Assembly (NCBI GenBank): GCA_043744615.1
Contig: JAYTUJ010000030.1
Span: forward strand, 1,329 to 65,328
Origin: a bacterium
GTDB lineage: Bacteria; Patescibacteriota; Minisyncoccia; Phycocordibacterales; CAIRYW01
Length of the DNA: 64,000 nucleotides
Direction of reading: 5' to 3'
In this document: positions 9,907 through 19,925 of the stretch, one piece after another
How positions within the stretch are numbered: position 1 is the stretch's first letter
Layout of the letters: the number at the start of each line of letters is the position of its first letter
Program-made: the position numbers and the translations under genes
Notes under the pieces: model-generated
Told to the model about the DNA's origin: nothing
Databases searched by the model: none
What the model saw: the letters and a program-made list of their open reading frames with translations, nothing else

Positions 9907-11193
9907 ATGAAAAAAAATATCCCCCCTTTTTTATTCTCTTCTATTTTTTTTATTGCACTCAGTTTCTCGGTTCAAATTTCTTCAGTTTTTGCTGAAAATA
10001 ACGATTCACCAAATGTTGTTCTTACAAAAGATTTGCGTCTTACAATGAACGACCCCGAAATTGTTCATTTACAACAAGTTCTTAATGCGAGCGGTTTTGC
10101 TACGGTTTCTGTTGTGGGTGCAGGTTCTAAAGGAAGCGAAACTTCATATTTTGGACTTAAAACTCAACAAGCTGTTATAAAATTTCAAGAAGCATTTGCA
10201 AGTGAAATTTTGGCTCCAATCGGTTTAACACAAGGAACAGGCTTTGTGGGAGCAAAAACTCGAGCAAAAATGAATGAATTATGGTCAAATAACTACTTTT
10301 TCTCATATTACGGCATAGTTTTGCCAGCAAATACGACTGTTAATACAGATACAAGTACAAATACAGACTCTTCAAATCAAGATAATACTAATAACGCTAA
10401 TAATACCTTTAATAACCAAGGTAATTTTTCTCAAACATCAAGTACAACAACGGTTGCAACAAGTACTTCTGCAACAAGTACTGCCACAACAACAAAAACA
10501 ACCACAGCTTCAACAACAAAAACTATTTCAGGGACAGCATATGGAAGCTCAAATGGATATCGCCCCGGTAAAACCATTACAGACTTGTTGGGTGTATGGA
10601 GTGATCCGAATAATAAAGTGAAAGTGTATGAAGTAAATCCTTCTCAAGCAAAACGAGGAGATGAAATTTTAGTTGCAGGATCAGGTTTTACATCAAAAGA
10701 TAATACGATTAAGTTGCGAGGAAAAAGTAAAAATATTTTGATAAAAGGTGTTGAGTCAAAAACAAGTAATGAATTAACTTTTATTCTTCCACAAGGTGCT
10801 GAGTACGGAACGTCAACTGTGTCAGTCTCAAATTCTGCGGGTACCAGTAGAGAAGATTCTGTAAAATCTATTGAACTTATTGTCAGTGCAACAACGACAT
10901 GTGCAACGGTATGTGTCGACTCTGTTGATCAAAAAGGTCACGGTCTTAGCACAGAATTTATAGTTAAAGGAAGTGGTTTTACAGATTCAAAAAATTTAGT
11001 GATGTCACGATTTGGCCCAATTGGTATGTATGATTCTGAAAAGAAAGGAACAATCATAAATATAAAATTAATTGAATCAGGAGTGATTCTTAATGCGCTC
11101 CCTAACTTGAGTGGAAAAATTGATTTTCCAATTATCGTTGCTAACAAAAATGGTTTCTCTAAATTCTTTACGGTCACTGTATCGATGCCTTAA
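9907..11193 (+). CDS. Secreted protein with peptidoglycan-binding domain, S/T linker and IPT/TIG-like domains
   Basis: Signal peptide; LQQVLN...YFGLKTQQAVIKFQ...GFVGAKTRAKMN (PG_binding_1-like); P.QAKRGDEI.V.GSGFT (IPT-like). Confidence 0.75.
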   Translation: MKKNIPPFLFSSIFFIALSFSVQISSVFAENNDSPNVVLTKDLRLTMNDPEIVHLQQVLNASGFATVSVVGAGSKGSETSYFGLKTQQAVIKFQEAFASEILAPIGLTQGTGFVGAKTRAKMNELWSNNYFFSYYGIVLPANTTVNTDTSTNTDSSNQDNTNNANNTFNNQGNFSQTSSTTTVATSTSATSTATTTKTTTASTTKTISGTAYGSSNGYRPGKTITDLLGVWSDPNNKVKVYEVNPSQAKRGDEILVAGSGFTSKDNTIKLRGKSKNILIKGVESKTSNELTFILPQGAEYGTSTVSVSNSAGTSREDSVKSIELIVSATTTCATVCVDSVDQKGHGLSTEFIVKGSGFTDSKNLVMSRFGPIGMYDSEKKGTIINIKLIESGVILNALPNLSGKIDFPIIVANKNGFSKFFTVTVSMP

Positions 11194-11220
11194 TGCAGAG
11201 TGATAATTGTTAAAATAAAT

Positions 11221-11742
11221 ATGAAGTTATTTTTGTTAAAACAAATAAAAAAGATTATCCGGACATCAGCTCTCGTCTTTGTTTTTATTTGTTTTGTATC
11301 ACTTGGTACATTTAGACATATATATGCGGCTGGTGTTGGTGGAGCTTCTGGAGGTGGAACTGGCGGCGCAACGAGTGGCGCAAGTGCAGGCGGTGGCGCA
11401 GGGGGTTCTTCGGGTGGTGGTTCTGGTAAAACAACAACATATACAAATTTTGGAAGTGAACGCGACACAGTGCTTCCTTGTTTATGTGATTGGGAAGAAG
11501 GAGAAATAAAATTTATTGTGTACCACACAACAATTCCTGACGGCAATTCATTAACTCTTGTGTACAATCTTTTAGAATCAAAAATAAAAGAAAATTATAA
11601 CGTAACTGGAAAATATTATTTAGGACAATATTCATCTCAAACAGATACATGTAATTTTGGAATCGGATATTATTGCGTTGAATTAACTGGTCAAAAATGG
11701 CCAACATGGGGTGACTCATCAACCGGTATTGGAGCTTCTTAA
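11221..11742 (+). CDS. Small secreted Gly-rich, Cys-containing protein
   Basis: Signal peptide, poly-Gly linker, PCLC...C...C C-terminal domain; follows the PG-binding protein gene. Confidence 0.6.
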   Translation: MKLFLLKQIKKIIRTSALVFVFICFVSLGTFRHIYAAGVGGASGGGTGGATSGASAGGGAGGSSGGGSGKTTTYTNFGSERDTVLPCLCDWEEGEIKFIVYHTTIPDGNSLTLVYNLLESKIKENYNVTGKYYLGQYSSQTDTCNFGIGYYCVELTGQKWPTWGDSSTGIGAS

Positions 11743-11771
11743 AAATTATTCCGGGAGGTTTTTTGTAAAAG

Positions 11772-12611
11772 TTATTGTAAGACAGTTAAAGCGGCAGTAA
11801 GAGACATCCATGTTTCTACTTGTATGTCTTCTGCTCGGATCTTTTTATCCAACTTTATTTTTTCAAAAGCAGTTTCGAGTTTTTTTATATTATATCCAGC
11901 GGTTGCAAGATTTTTTAGTAAAAGTTTTCTTTTATGAGCAAAACCAGCATGCACGAGCGATGCAAAAGATGTTTCAGATACAGAATATTTTTGAAATAAT
12001 ATTTTTGAAATATGTTTAAAGGTAATGACTGCAGAGTCTACATTTGGAATCGGAAAAAAGTTTCCCCGTGCCACTTTTTGTGTAATAACGGGAGTGCAAT
12101 ATGCTTTTACAAAAATTGAAAGAATACTTTCTTTTTTATCGCGCGCAATAATTCTCTCTGCAACTTCTTTTTGTACTAAAATTGTAATTAATGATGGCTG
12201 TAAGCTTTCTTCACATTCAAGAAACTTTCTAATGATTGCACCCGTAATGTAATACGGAATATTTGCTATTAATTTGTAATTTATTTTTTGAGATTTTTTT
12301 GCAGGAGGTTTTTTATTTAAAAATATATCTTTTATTTCAATCTCCAAAATATCGCCATGAATAAGTGTAAAAGTGTTGTTCGCTACATAATTATTGAATG
12401 TTTCTGGAAGAATGTTAATAAGCCGATCATCTTTTTCTATAGCAAAAACATGTGCACCAGTGCTTAGAATTTCTCGAGTTAGATTTCCTGTTCCAGGCCC
12501 AATTTCAAGAACAATATCATCTTTTGATATTTCAGAATCAGTTACGATCTTTTTAAGAATGTACGTGTTATTTAAAAAATTTTGACCTAAACTTTTTTTA
12601 GCAAATACCAT
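11772..12611 (-). CDS. rsmA: 16S rRNA adenine dimethyltransferase
   Basis: KKSLGQNFL, VLEIGPGTG, IANIPYYIT, VQKEVAERI motifs. Confidence 0.95.
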   Translation of the reverse strand: MVFAKKSLGQNFLNNTYILKKIVTDSEISKDDIVLEIGPGTGNLTREILSTGAHVFAIEKDDRLINILPETFNNYVANNTFTLIHGDILEIEIKDIFLNKKPPAKKSQKINYKLIANIPYYITGAIIRKFLECEESLQPSLITILVQKEVAERIIARDKKESILSIFVKAYCTPVITQKVARGNFFPIPNVDSAVITFKHISKILFQKYSVSETSFASLVHAGFAHKRKLLLKNLATAGYNIKKLETAFEKIKLDKKIRAEDIQVETWMSLTAALTVLQ

Positions 12612-12635
12612 ATATGTATTAGTATAATCGCAATA

Positions 12636-14567
12636 TTAAAAATCAATAAATATTGCTTTTACACCTGTTGGTTTTTGTTCGTGTTCAATAAGATCTTCCT
12701 CGATATCAAATATAAATTCTGAAGGAACGTTTACTTGTTGCGTTCCAAATATTGTTCGTAGTTGTGCATATGTAAGAAAAACTTTTTTTCGTGCACGAGT
12801 GATTGCAACATAAAATAATCTTCGTTCCTCTTCTGCTTCCTCTTTTGTTATTTCATTTTTATCTAATCGTGTATGTGGAAACAAACCGTCTTCGAGACCG
12901 GTTATAAAAACATAATCAAATTCTAATCCTTTCGACGCATGAACTGTCATAAGCTTTGTTCCAACAGATTTTTCATCCAAAGAATCTTGATCACTCACAA
13001 GCATTGCGTCATCAATAAATTTCATGATTCCATCACCAAGTGGCATTGCGTCGTATCGAGCAGCAAGTGTTACGAGTTCTCGGACGTTTTCTAATCGTTC
13101 TAACTCTTCAGAATCTCCTTGTTTTAACATTGTCTCTATTCCCGATTCAAAAAGTGCAAGTTTTAAAACATCAGAAGGCGTTTTTTTGTAAGCCGCATCT
13201 CGGATACGAGCTAAAATGTTTCGGTATTGCAAAACTTTATCTCTAACGGCTCCAGTAAGTTCATTTTCTTTTCCTTCAAGAACTTTTAACATGGTTACTT
13301 TTCCAATTCCTCGAACCGGCGTATTGATTGTCCTTTTTATATCTCCAAGCGCATCTTCGTTAAGTGCGGCACGAAGATATGAAATAATATCTTTTACTTC
13401 TTTTCGTTCAAAATATTTTGTACCAATCAGATCGTATTTAAGTTCACGTCGCAAAAAAGCATCTTCGATTACTCGTGATTGAAAGTTTGCTCGATATAAT
13501 ACCGCGACTTGTTCCGGTTTTATACCTTTATCAGTAAGTTCTTTTGTTGTTCGAGCAATAAAATTCGCTTCTTCGTTTTCGTCTGGCGCAGCGAATACAC
13601 TGATTTGCTCGCCTTCTTCATTTTTAGTAAATAGATTTTTCTTTTTTCTAATAACGTTTTTATCAATGACCGAATTTGCTGCTTGAAGAATTTTTTGAGT
13701 TGACCGATAATTTTCTTCAAGCAAAATAACGGTTGCCTCGGGATAATCTTTTTCAAAATCTAAAATATTCTTAATATCTGCACCTCGCCAACTATAAATA
13801 TTTTGATCAGCGTCTCCAACCACCGTAATGTTTCGATGTCCTTCTGCTAATGTGTTTGCAATTACGTACTGTACTCGGTTCGTATCTTGATATTCATCAA
13901 TATGAATATACTGCCATTTTTCTTGGTATTTTTTTCGAACCTCGGGAATATTTTTAAGCAAAAATGCAGTCTTATAAATTAGATCATCAAAGTCTAATCC
14001 CTTCTCTTTTTTCAAAATAGATTCATATTCTTTCCATACTTCAGCAACAATTGAACCAAAATACTCATCTCCTTGTTTTATTTCATATTCTTCTTGGCTT
14101 ACATAGGCTCCTTTTTCTTTAGAAATAATCCCAAGTATTTTATTAGGTTCATATTGTTTTGGATCGTACCCTTTTTTTTCAAGAGCCTCTTTTACTGCTT
14201 TTTTTGAATCACTTCGGTCGTAGATACTAAAATTAGCAGGTACCCCAATCACATGACCGTCATGCCGTAATATATTTACACCAAGACTGTGGAAGGTTGA
14301 TAAAAAAGGTTTTTCTTCAAAAGTCATCGGTACATTTAGGCTCGGATCTTCATTGATTAACTTAAAAACTCGTTCCTGCATTTCTTTTGCAGCTTTGTTT
14401 GTGAAGGTAATAGCTAGAATCTTTTTTGGGTCAACTCCTTTTTTAATAAGATTTAATATTCGATGGGTTACCGTATTAGTTTTTCCTGCCCCCGCTCCTG
14501 CAATAATAAGAAGAGGGCCTTCTTTGTGTTCAACCGCTTTAAATTGTTCCGGATTAAGGTGCTTCAT
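12636..14567 (-). CDS. pcrA: ATP-dependent DNA helicase PcrA/UvrD
   Basis: AGAGAGKT, DEYQDTN, VGDADQNIYSWRGA, LEENYRST, TVHASKGLEF, EERRLFYVAITRA motifs. Confidence 0.95.
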   Translation of the reverse strand: MKHLNPEQFKAVEHKEGPLLIIAGAGAGKTNTVTHRILNLIKKGVDPKKILAITFTNKAAKEMQERVFKLINEDPSLNVPMTFEEKPFLSTFHSLGVNILRHDGHVIGVPANFSIYDRSDSKKAVKEALEKKGYDPKQYEPNKILGIISKEKGAYVSQEEYEIKQGDEYFGSIVAEVWKEYESILKKEKGLDFDDLIYKTAFLLKNIPEVRKKYQEKWQYIHIDEYQDTNRVQYVIANTLAEGHRNITVVGDADQNIYSWRGADIKNILDFEKDYPEATVILLEENYRSTQKILQAANSVIDKNVIRKKKNLFTKNEEGEQISVFAAPDENEEANFIARTTKELTDKGIKPEQVAVLYRANFQSRVIEDAFLRRELKYDLIGTKYFERKEVKDIISYLRAALNEDALGDIKRTINTPVRGIGKVTMLKVLEGKENELTGAVRDKVLQYRNILARIRDAAYKKTPSDVLKLALFESGIETMLKQGDSEELERLENVRELVTLAARYDAMPLGDGIMKFIDDAMLVSDQDSLDEKSVGTKLMTVHASKGLEFDYVFITGLEDGLFPHTRLDKNEITKEEAEEERRLFYVAITRARKKVFLTYAQLRTIFGTQQVNVPSEFIFDIEEDLIEHEQKPTGVKAIFIDF

Positions 14568-14825
14568 TTGAGCTACTATAACATAAAATAGTAATTCTTG
14601 ACGTTATTCATTTATCCCCTTCTAAACATAATAACCTTTGACTTTCTATACCATACCTATATCATATATATGTAGTCACACAGAACGTCACTAAACACTA
14701 AATGGCTTAACAGAGCCATTTTATACCGAGACACCAGAATTAGCCTTAATTTTAAGCTTATTTTACCAAACAAAGATAGAAGAAGCCGGTTTTATATATT
14801 TGTATGTCAATTAGGTGCCCTAGCT

Positions 14826-15857
14826 ATGGGCGCTTCAATATTTTTGTGGCCGCTAGTTACTAATGCGGGCGCCCTCTCTTTTATCAATGATCTGTTTAAA
14901 ACAGACCAAGCACAAGCTCAAAAGGTTGAAGTTAAATCAGAAAGTTCACAAACAATAGATCTTCCTGAGGCTGCTATAAACCCAGATCCTAACCCTATTA
15001 AAAATACTGTCTCTCCTACTATTGTTGGAGAGGCAGCTTTTGTTGCTGAATCTGGACCCGAAGGAACATCTGCAGATATTCAAAGTAAAACAATATCAAG
15101 CGACCATATTTCAGTATATGTTGTTCATCCTTCAGATACATTGGCTCAAATAGCAAAAATGTTTAATGTTTCACCAAATACAATTCTTTGGGCCAATGAT
15201 TTAACCTCTGCTAAAGACATAAAACCAGGGCAGAGTCTCGTTATTTTACCAGTATCTGGAATCAAATATTCTGTTAAAAAGGGCGATACCATAGAGTCTA
15301 TTGCTAAAAAGTTTAAGGGTGACGCTCAAGATATTACTAAATTTAACGATTTTGACTCTGATCAAAAGTTAGTCATTGGGGACACTGTTATTATTCCAGA
15401 TGGTGAAATGGTTGTTGTGGTTAAAAAACCTACTATTGTCGTAAAAGGTGCAGGGATGAAAATCTTTAAAGATGACGGAAGCCTTGTAAAAACATTTTTG
15501 GCTAATACAACAGGATATTTTATGCGCCCTATTACTGGTGGGATGAGAACACAAGGTTTACACGGAAATAACGGTGTTGACCTTGCAAGCTCGTGCGGTG
15601 CTTCTGTTATGGCTGCAGCAGGAGGAAAAGTTATTTTAAGTCGAGAAGGAGGATGGAACGGAGGCTACGGAAATTATATCGTTATCAGTCATTCAAACGG
15701 TACTCAAACTTTGTACGGACACTTGCAAGAGACAAAAGTCTCAGCCGGAGAATCAGTTGATAAGGGTGAAGTGATTGGTCTAATGGGAAGCACAGGTAAT
15801 TCAACAGGCTGTCACCTTCATTGGGAAGTTCGAGGAGGACGAAACCCACTTGGCTAA
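14826..15857 (+). CDS. LysM-domain M23 peptidase
   Basis: Two LysM repeats (YVVHPSDTL, YSVKKGDTI); M23 motifs NGVD, YGH, STGCHLHWEVR. True start may be upstream (see findings). Confidence 0.9.
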   Translation: MGASIFLWPLVTNAGALSFINDLFKTDQAQAQKVEVKSESSQTIDLPEAAINPDPNPIKNTVSPTIVGEAAFVAESGPEGTSADIQSKTISSDHISVYVVHPSDTLAQIAKMFNVSPNTILWANDLTSAKDIKPGQSLVILPVSGIKYSVKKGDTIESIAKKFKGDAQDITKFNDFDSDQKLVIGDTVIIPDGEMVVVVKKPTIVVKGAGMKIFKDDGSLVKTFLANTTGYFMRPITGGMRTQGLHGNNGVDLASSCGASVMAAAGGKVILSREGGWNGGYGNYIVISHSNGTQTLYGHLQETKVSAGESVDKGEVIGLMGSTGNSTGCHLHWEVRGGRNPLG

Positions 15858-15885
15858 TAGACGAGAACTATTTTTAAACCATTTT

Positions 15886-17367
15886 CTATTTTTTTCTAAA
15901 TTGAATTGCTTCAAGCACGTGTTCTTTTTTTACTGTATCTGAAAACTCAATACAAGCAATTGTTTTTGCTATTGAAATTATTTTTTCTCTTGACCGCATT
16001 GATATACCGAGTGACTCGATGCAATTATTTACAAGCTCAAGAGCGTCTTTTTCTATACTAATATTTTTTTTATCAATTTTTCGCACCCGATAAATATTTT
16101 CTTGAATCACTTTATAGTTTTTTAATATCTCTGTTTCGTCCCCCACTATTTCTTCTTTGTTTTTTATTGCAGATACTTCACACCATATATCAATACGGTC
16201 TTGAATCGGCCCAGATATTTTTTTTAAATATTTTTTGATTTCAAATAGTCCACATGAACACAATTTAACATTTGAATTAAGATACCCACATGGACAAGGA
16301 TTAAGTGTAAATATAGCTATAAAATCACAAGGGAAAGATACGAGTTCTTTGTTTTTGTATATTTGGATTACTTTTTGTTCAAGGGGTTGTCGTAAAGACT
16401 CAATAACTCTTCTATCAAATTCAGGAAATTCATCCAGAAAAAGAATTCCTTTGTGTGCAAGAGTTATTTCTCCAATCATATTATTTTTTACACCACCTAT
16501 TATTTGTGCGTAAGAAGAAGTCGGATGCGGGTTTCTAAAAGGGACAGAAAAACAAATGTGTTTGTGTATCTGAGCAGCAGAGTATATACAACTAACTTCT
16601 AGTAAATCATCATCACTTAGTGCTGGTAATAAATGTTTTGCGATGTAAGCTAATGTTGTTTTTCCCGCTCCGGGTGGCCCTTGAAATGCAATATGGTGTT
16701 TGCCCGCACAAGCTATTTCAAGTGCACGCAGTGCATTTTTTTGTCCATACAATATCGGTATAGAATTTTCATTTTTATCTTGATTGTTCGATAAAGTTTT
16801 TTCAGAAATTTTATCGAAAATTTTTTCTTTATAGACTCCCTTAAAAAAGCTAATAACGTCCTGAACTTTTTCTATATAAATTATATTTTTTGATTGTATA
16901 TTTGTTTCTAAAATAGAAAGCTCAGCTTTGTTTTTTAAAGGGACAAATATAAAGGACATGTTATGCTCAAAAACTTTTTGTATCATGGGTAATATACCTG
17001 TTGCAGAAAGTACTGTTCCATCAAGTGAAAGCTCGCCAATAAATAAAGATAATTCTGTCTGTTTGTTTTTTATTTCACCACAAGAGATAAGATATCCAAC
17101 AGCAATTGCAAGATCAAACATTGAACCCTCTTTCTTTTGATCCGAAGGTGTCAGGGAGACAATTACTTTATGATTTTTTCTTTTTGGTGTAGGGAGTTTT
17201 GAATTTTTTAAAGCAGAACAAACTCTTTCTCTTGCCTCACCCACTGCTTTGTCCGGCAATCCCACAATTGAAAAATTATATAGTCCTATTGATACGTCAA
17301 CTTCAACAGTTACAACGTAACCGCTTACTCCTTGTATTTGTGCTGAAAAAACTTTAGCTACACTCAT
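15886..17367 (-). CDS. comM: YifB/ComM Mg-chelatase-like AAA+ ATPase
   Basis: IVGLPDKAVGEARERV, GPPGAGKT, FRNPHPTSS, LFLDEFPEF, NPCPCG motifs. Confidence 0.85.
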   Translation of the reverse strand: MSVAKVFSAQIQGVSGYVVTVEVDVSIGLYNFSIVGLPDKAVGEARERVCSALKNSKLPTPKRKNHKVIVSLTPSDQKKEGSMFDLAIAVGYLISCGEIKNKQTELSLFIGELSLDGTVLSATGILPMIQKVFEHNMSFIFVPLKNKAELSILETNIQSKNIIYIEKVQDVISFFKGVYKEKIFDKISEKTLSNNQDKNENSIPILYGQKNALRALEIACAGKHHIAFQGPPGAGKTTLAYIAKHLLPALSDDDLLEVSCIYSAAQIHKHICFSVPFRNPHPTSSYAQIIGGVKNNMIGEITLAHKGILFLDEFPEFDRRVIESLRQPLEQKVIQIYKNKELVSFPCDFIAIFTLNPCPCGYLNSNVKLCSCGLFEIKKYLKKISGPIQDRIDIWCEVSAIKNKEEIVGDETEILKNYKVIQENIYRVRKIDKKNISIEKDALELVNNCIESLGISMRSREKIISIAKTIACIEFSDTVKKEHVLEAIQFRKK

Positions 17368-17432
17368 TTAAGAAGTGTAGCTAAAGAAGTTAAAGTTTTT
17401 ATTTATTTTTTATAAATTTTATTACAAGTTTC

Positions 17433-17804
17433 TTATTGTCGGTCGTTCATGTGTTCTTTGCATGTTCGAGCCGCAGGATATGCTTCAAGTCGGTCAAGCT
17501 CAATAGGTTTTCCACTTATCTCGCAGGTACCGTAAGCGCCTTCGGAGTTTATTTTTTCAAGTGCATGTTTAACTGCGTTTAGTTCAGTTTCTAACTGACG
17601 CAAGATAGCTGTATTTTCTTCGTAAGATTCAATTTGATCTGCGACCTCGTTTCGATCAGCTGTATCAATGTCCGCCGTGCTTGTTTTTGGTTCCCAATCA
17701 GCTGAATTATTTGGATTTCTTACCCCAACAGTTGCAAGTTCTTCTTCTAATTTTTTTAATTCTAAATTTAATTTTTCTTTAAAGTGTTGTGTATCGATGT
17801 TCAT
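17433..17804 (-). CDS. TraR/DksA family transcription factor
   Basis: Coiled coil plus C-terminal YGTCEISGKPI...RL.AYPAARTCKEH. Confidence 0.85.
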   Translation of the reverse strand: MNIDTQHFKEKLNLELKKLEEELATVGVRNPNNSADWEPKTSTADIDTADRNEVADQIESYEENTAILRQLETELNAVKHALEKINSEGAYGTCEISGKPIELDRLEAYPAARTCKEHMNDRQ

Positions 17805-17824
17805 AGTATTAAGTATACAATAAT

Positions 17825-18949
17825 CTACCTTTTTATTCTTTTAATTGTTAAACGATCTATAATTTCTTTTAAAGCCGTTTCGTCTGAAGTTATGACAAGT
17901 GTTTTTGAGTCAATAAAACAATAAAAGAAAATCAGATTTCCTTCTAGATTATTAAGAGAACGAATGTCTTTGTTATACATTAAACCATCTTGAAACTCAG
18001 GAACTTTATCTGCCGCTGTTGATGAAGACGCTATGTTTAATGATTTATCAGAATATAAAACATCATTTAGATCTTGTCCTAAATATTTTTCCCACCCAAG
18101 CATTCCCGCGTAAGATAAGTCATAAGAATTTGTTTTCAACACTAAAAATTTAATTGGTCTATCAGAATAAAAATTTCCAAACTCGAATACAGAATCAAGA
18201 GATCTTGTAAGTTCAGGAGGCGTTCCTGTCTGTAACAATGAAAATAGTTGGTCTGTACTTATAAGAGACTGTCCTTTTTTGATCTCATATAATTTTATTT
18301 TTCCTTGTTCTAATTTTTCTTTATCGTCATTTATTTTTTTTACAAAAGATGCCTTATCGTCTTCGTCAGAAACTTGAATTTCACTTATTGCATCAGAGTA
18401 TAAAAAATGTTGAAATGTATTTTCTTCCGGCACCACTTGGTTTTTTTGATTATTTATATTTTGTACGTACACAAAAAGAATTGCTCCCCCTAAAAGAATA
18501 GAAAATAAAATAATTATGAAAACTATCCACCCCATTACCCCCCAAGGTTTTTTTTGTTTTTTTACAAAAGAGTTTTCATCTTCTAGTCCAAGGCTTTTTC
18601 TTTTTTGTTGCTCAGCAATTGCAATTTTTACGGTAGATAATTGGTTTGTTTCAACTGCTTGAGCAATATCGTCTTTAAAAGTTCTAACCCTCTGAATGCT
18701 GGGGTAGTCTTTATTTTCATTATTCATTACTTCACCAAAAGATGGTTTTGTAACTCTTTTTACCTCATACCTTCGATTTAGTTTCTGAGCCTCTTGAGAT
18801 TTTAAATTTTGTTGAAAGTTTTGTTCCTCAACAATAGCCTGCCCAAGTTTTTGAGGAACGTTTAAACCAGGAACGTTTAAACCTTCTTGTTTGGGTTTAT
18901 TTTGTCCAAACGGTATAGAGGGGTTTTGTTTTAAACGAAAGTCATCCAT
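17825..18949 (-). CDS. Hypothetical single-pass membrane protein
   Basis: 374 aa, central TM helix, VRTFKDDI motif. Confidence 0.6.
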   Translation of the reverse strand: MDDFRLKQNPSIPFGQNKPKQEGLNVPGLNVPQKLGQAIVEEQNFQQNLKSQEAQKLNRRYEVKRVTKPSFGEVMNNENKDYPSIQRVRTFKDDIAQAVETNQLSTVKIAIAEQQKRKSLGLEDENSFVKKQKKPWGVMGWIVFIIILFSILLGGAILFVYVQNINNQKNQVVPEENTFQHFLYSDAISEIQVSDEDDKASFVKKINDDKEKLEQGKIKLYEIKKGQSLISTDQLFSLLQTGTPPELTRSLDSVFEFGNFYSDRPIKFLVLKTNSYDLSYAGMLGWEKYLGQDLNDVLYSDKSLNIASSSTAADKVPEFQDGLMYNKDIRSLNNLEGNLIFFYCFIDSKTLVITSDETALKEIIDRLTIKRIKR

Positions 18950-18981
18950 TTAAAAGATTATAACACAATCAGTGAGTCCAA

Positions 18982-19512
18982 TTAGTATTTTTTCTGTCGA
19001 GACGGTTGGTTATTTTGGCCAATTAAATATCTTTTTGGCTGTTCTGCGAGATCTAAAAAGTCATCGGCAACTTCAATAAGTTTTGCCGAAGATGATTTTC
19101 CAAAAGAAACTACTTCCACTCGACAACCTTCATGTATTTTTAAATATTCAACAAGAGGAACAAAGTCTCCGTCCCCAGAGACAATAACCACCACATCAAG
19201 TTTTTGAGCTAGTTTAATAGCATCAATAGCTAACCCTACGTCCCAATCCCCTTTTTTTGTTCCACCTGCAAATATTTGAAGTGGTTTTGTCATAATTTCG
19301 ATACCTATTCTTTCAAGTGCTTCAAAAAACATCTTTTCTTCACCAGATTCTGTGTTTATTACATAAGCAAGTGCGCGAATAAGAATTCTTTTAGAAACAG
19401 CGTCTTCGAGAATATTTGAAAAATTAACCCTTGAATGATATAGATTTTTTGCAGAATGATAAAGGTTTTGAGTATCTATAAATACTCCAACCCTTTGATT
19501 TTTATGTTTCAT
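18982..19512 (-). CDS. NYN domain protein (LabA/DUF88, PIN-like)
   Basis: VFIDTQNLY, KGDWDVGLAID, SGDGDFVPLV motifs. Confidence 0.9.
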   Translation of the reverse strand: MKHKNQRVGVFIDTQNLYHSAKNLYHSRVNFSNILEDAVSKRILIRALAYVINTESGEEKMFFEALERIGIEIMTKPLQIFAGGTKKGDWDVGLAIDAIKLAQKLDVVVIVSGDGDFVPLVEYLKIHEGCRVEVVSFGKSSSAKLIEVADDFLDLAEQPKRYLIGQNNQPSRQKKY

Positions 19513-19525
19513 ACGTGTGTTTAAT

Positions 19526-19554
19526 AAAAAAAGTGCCTTTTTAGAGCACTTTTT
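19526..19554 (-). terminator. Intrinsic terminator after rpsO
   Basis: AAAAAAAGTGC-N-GCACTTTTT inverted repeat with A/T tails. Confidence 0.6.
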
Positions 19555-19563
19555 GTTTTACTA

Positions 19564-19836
19564 CTAAGCCTTTTTCTTTAATTCTAATTTTTTTGCAATA
19601 GAAGCGTATCTCTTTGGACTGTTTTTTTGTAGGTATTTCATGTGAGATTGTCTATCAGCAACCATTTGCAATAAACCTCTTCGAGAATGGAAGTCCTTTT
19701 TGTTCTTTTTTAGATGACCACTTAATTCCTCAATTCTTTTGGTTAAAAGACCAATTTGCACCTCTGGAGACCCAGTATCTGTGTCGTGAATTTTGGTGTT
19801 TGTGATCACCTTTACTTTCTTTGTCTTGGTTAACAT
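19564..19836 (-). CDS. rpsO: 30S ribosomal protein S15
   Basis: DTGSPEVQIGLLT.RI..L..HL...KKDFHSRRGLL; start MLTK at 19836. Confidence 0.97.
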   Translation of the reverse strand: MLTKTKKVKVITNTKIHDTDTGSPEVQIGLLTKRIEELSGHLKKNKKDFHSRRGLLQMVADRQSHMKYLQKNSPKRYASIAKKLELKKKA

Positions 19837-19925
19837 GTGAAGGTATCTTATCACGAAACCAATTATTTTGCAATATCACTACAGAAGCAATAGAAAAGGT
19901 GCAATTTTAGCTTAAAAGAGCTATA

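Noticed and set aside
10321-10530. Repetitive ACA/AAT-rich DNA
   Set aside because: Explained by the Thr/Ser/Asn-rich protein linker.
18854-18883. 15 bp tandem duplication (GLNVP twice)
   Set aside because: Only two copies in a disordered N-terminus; not a CRISPR or a functional array.
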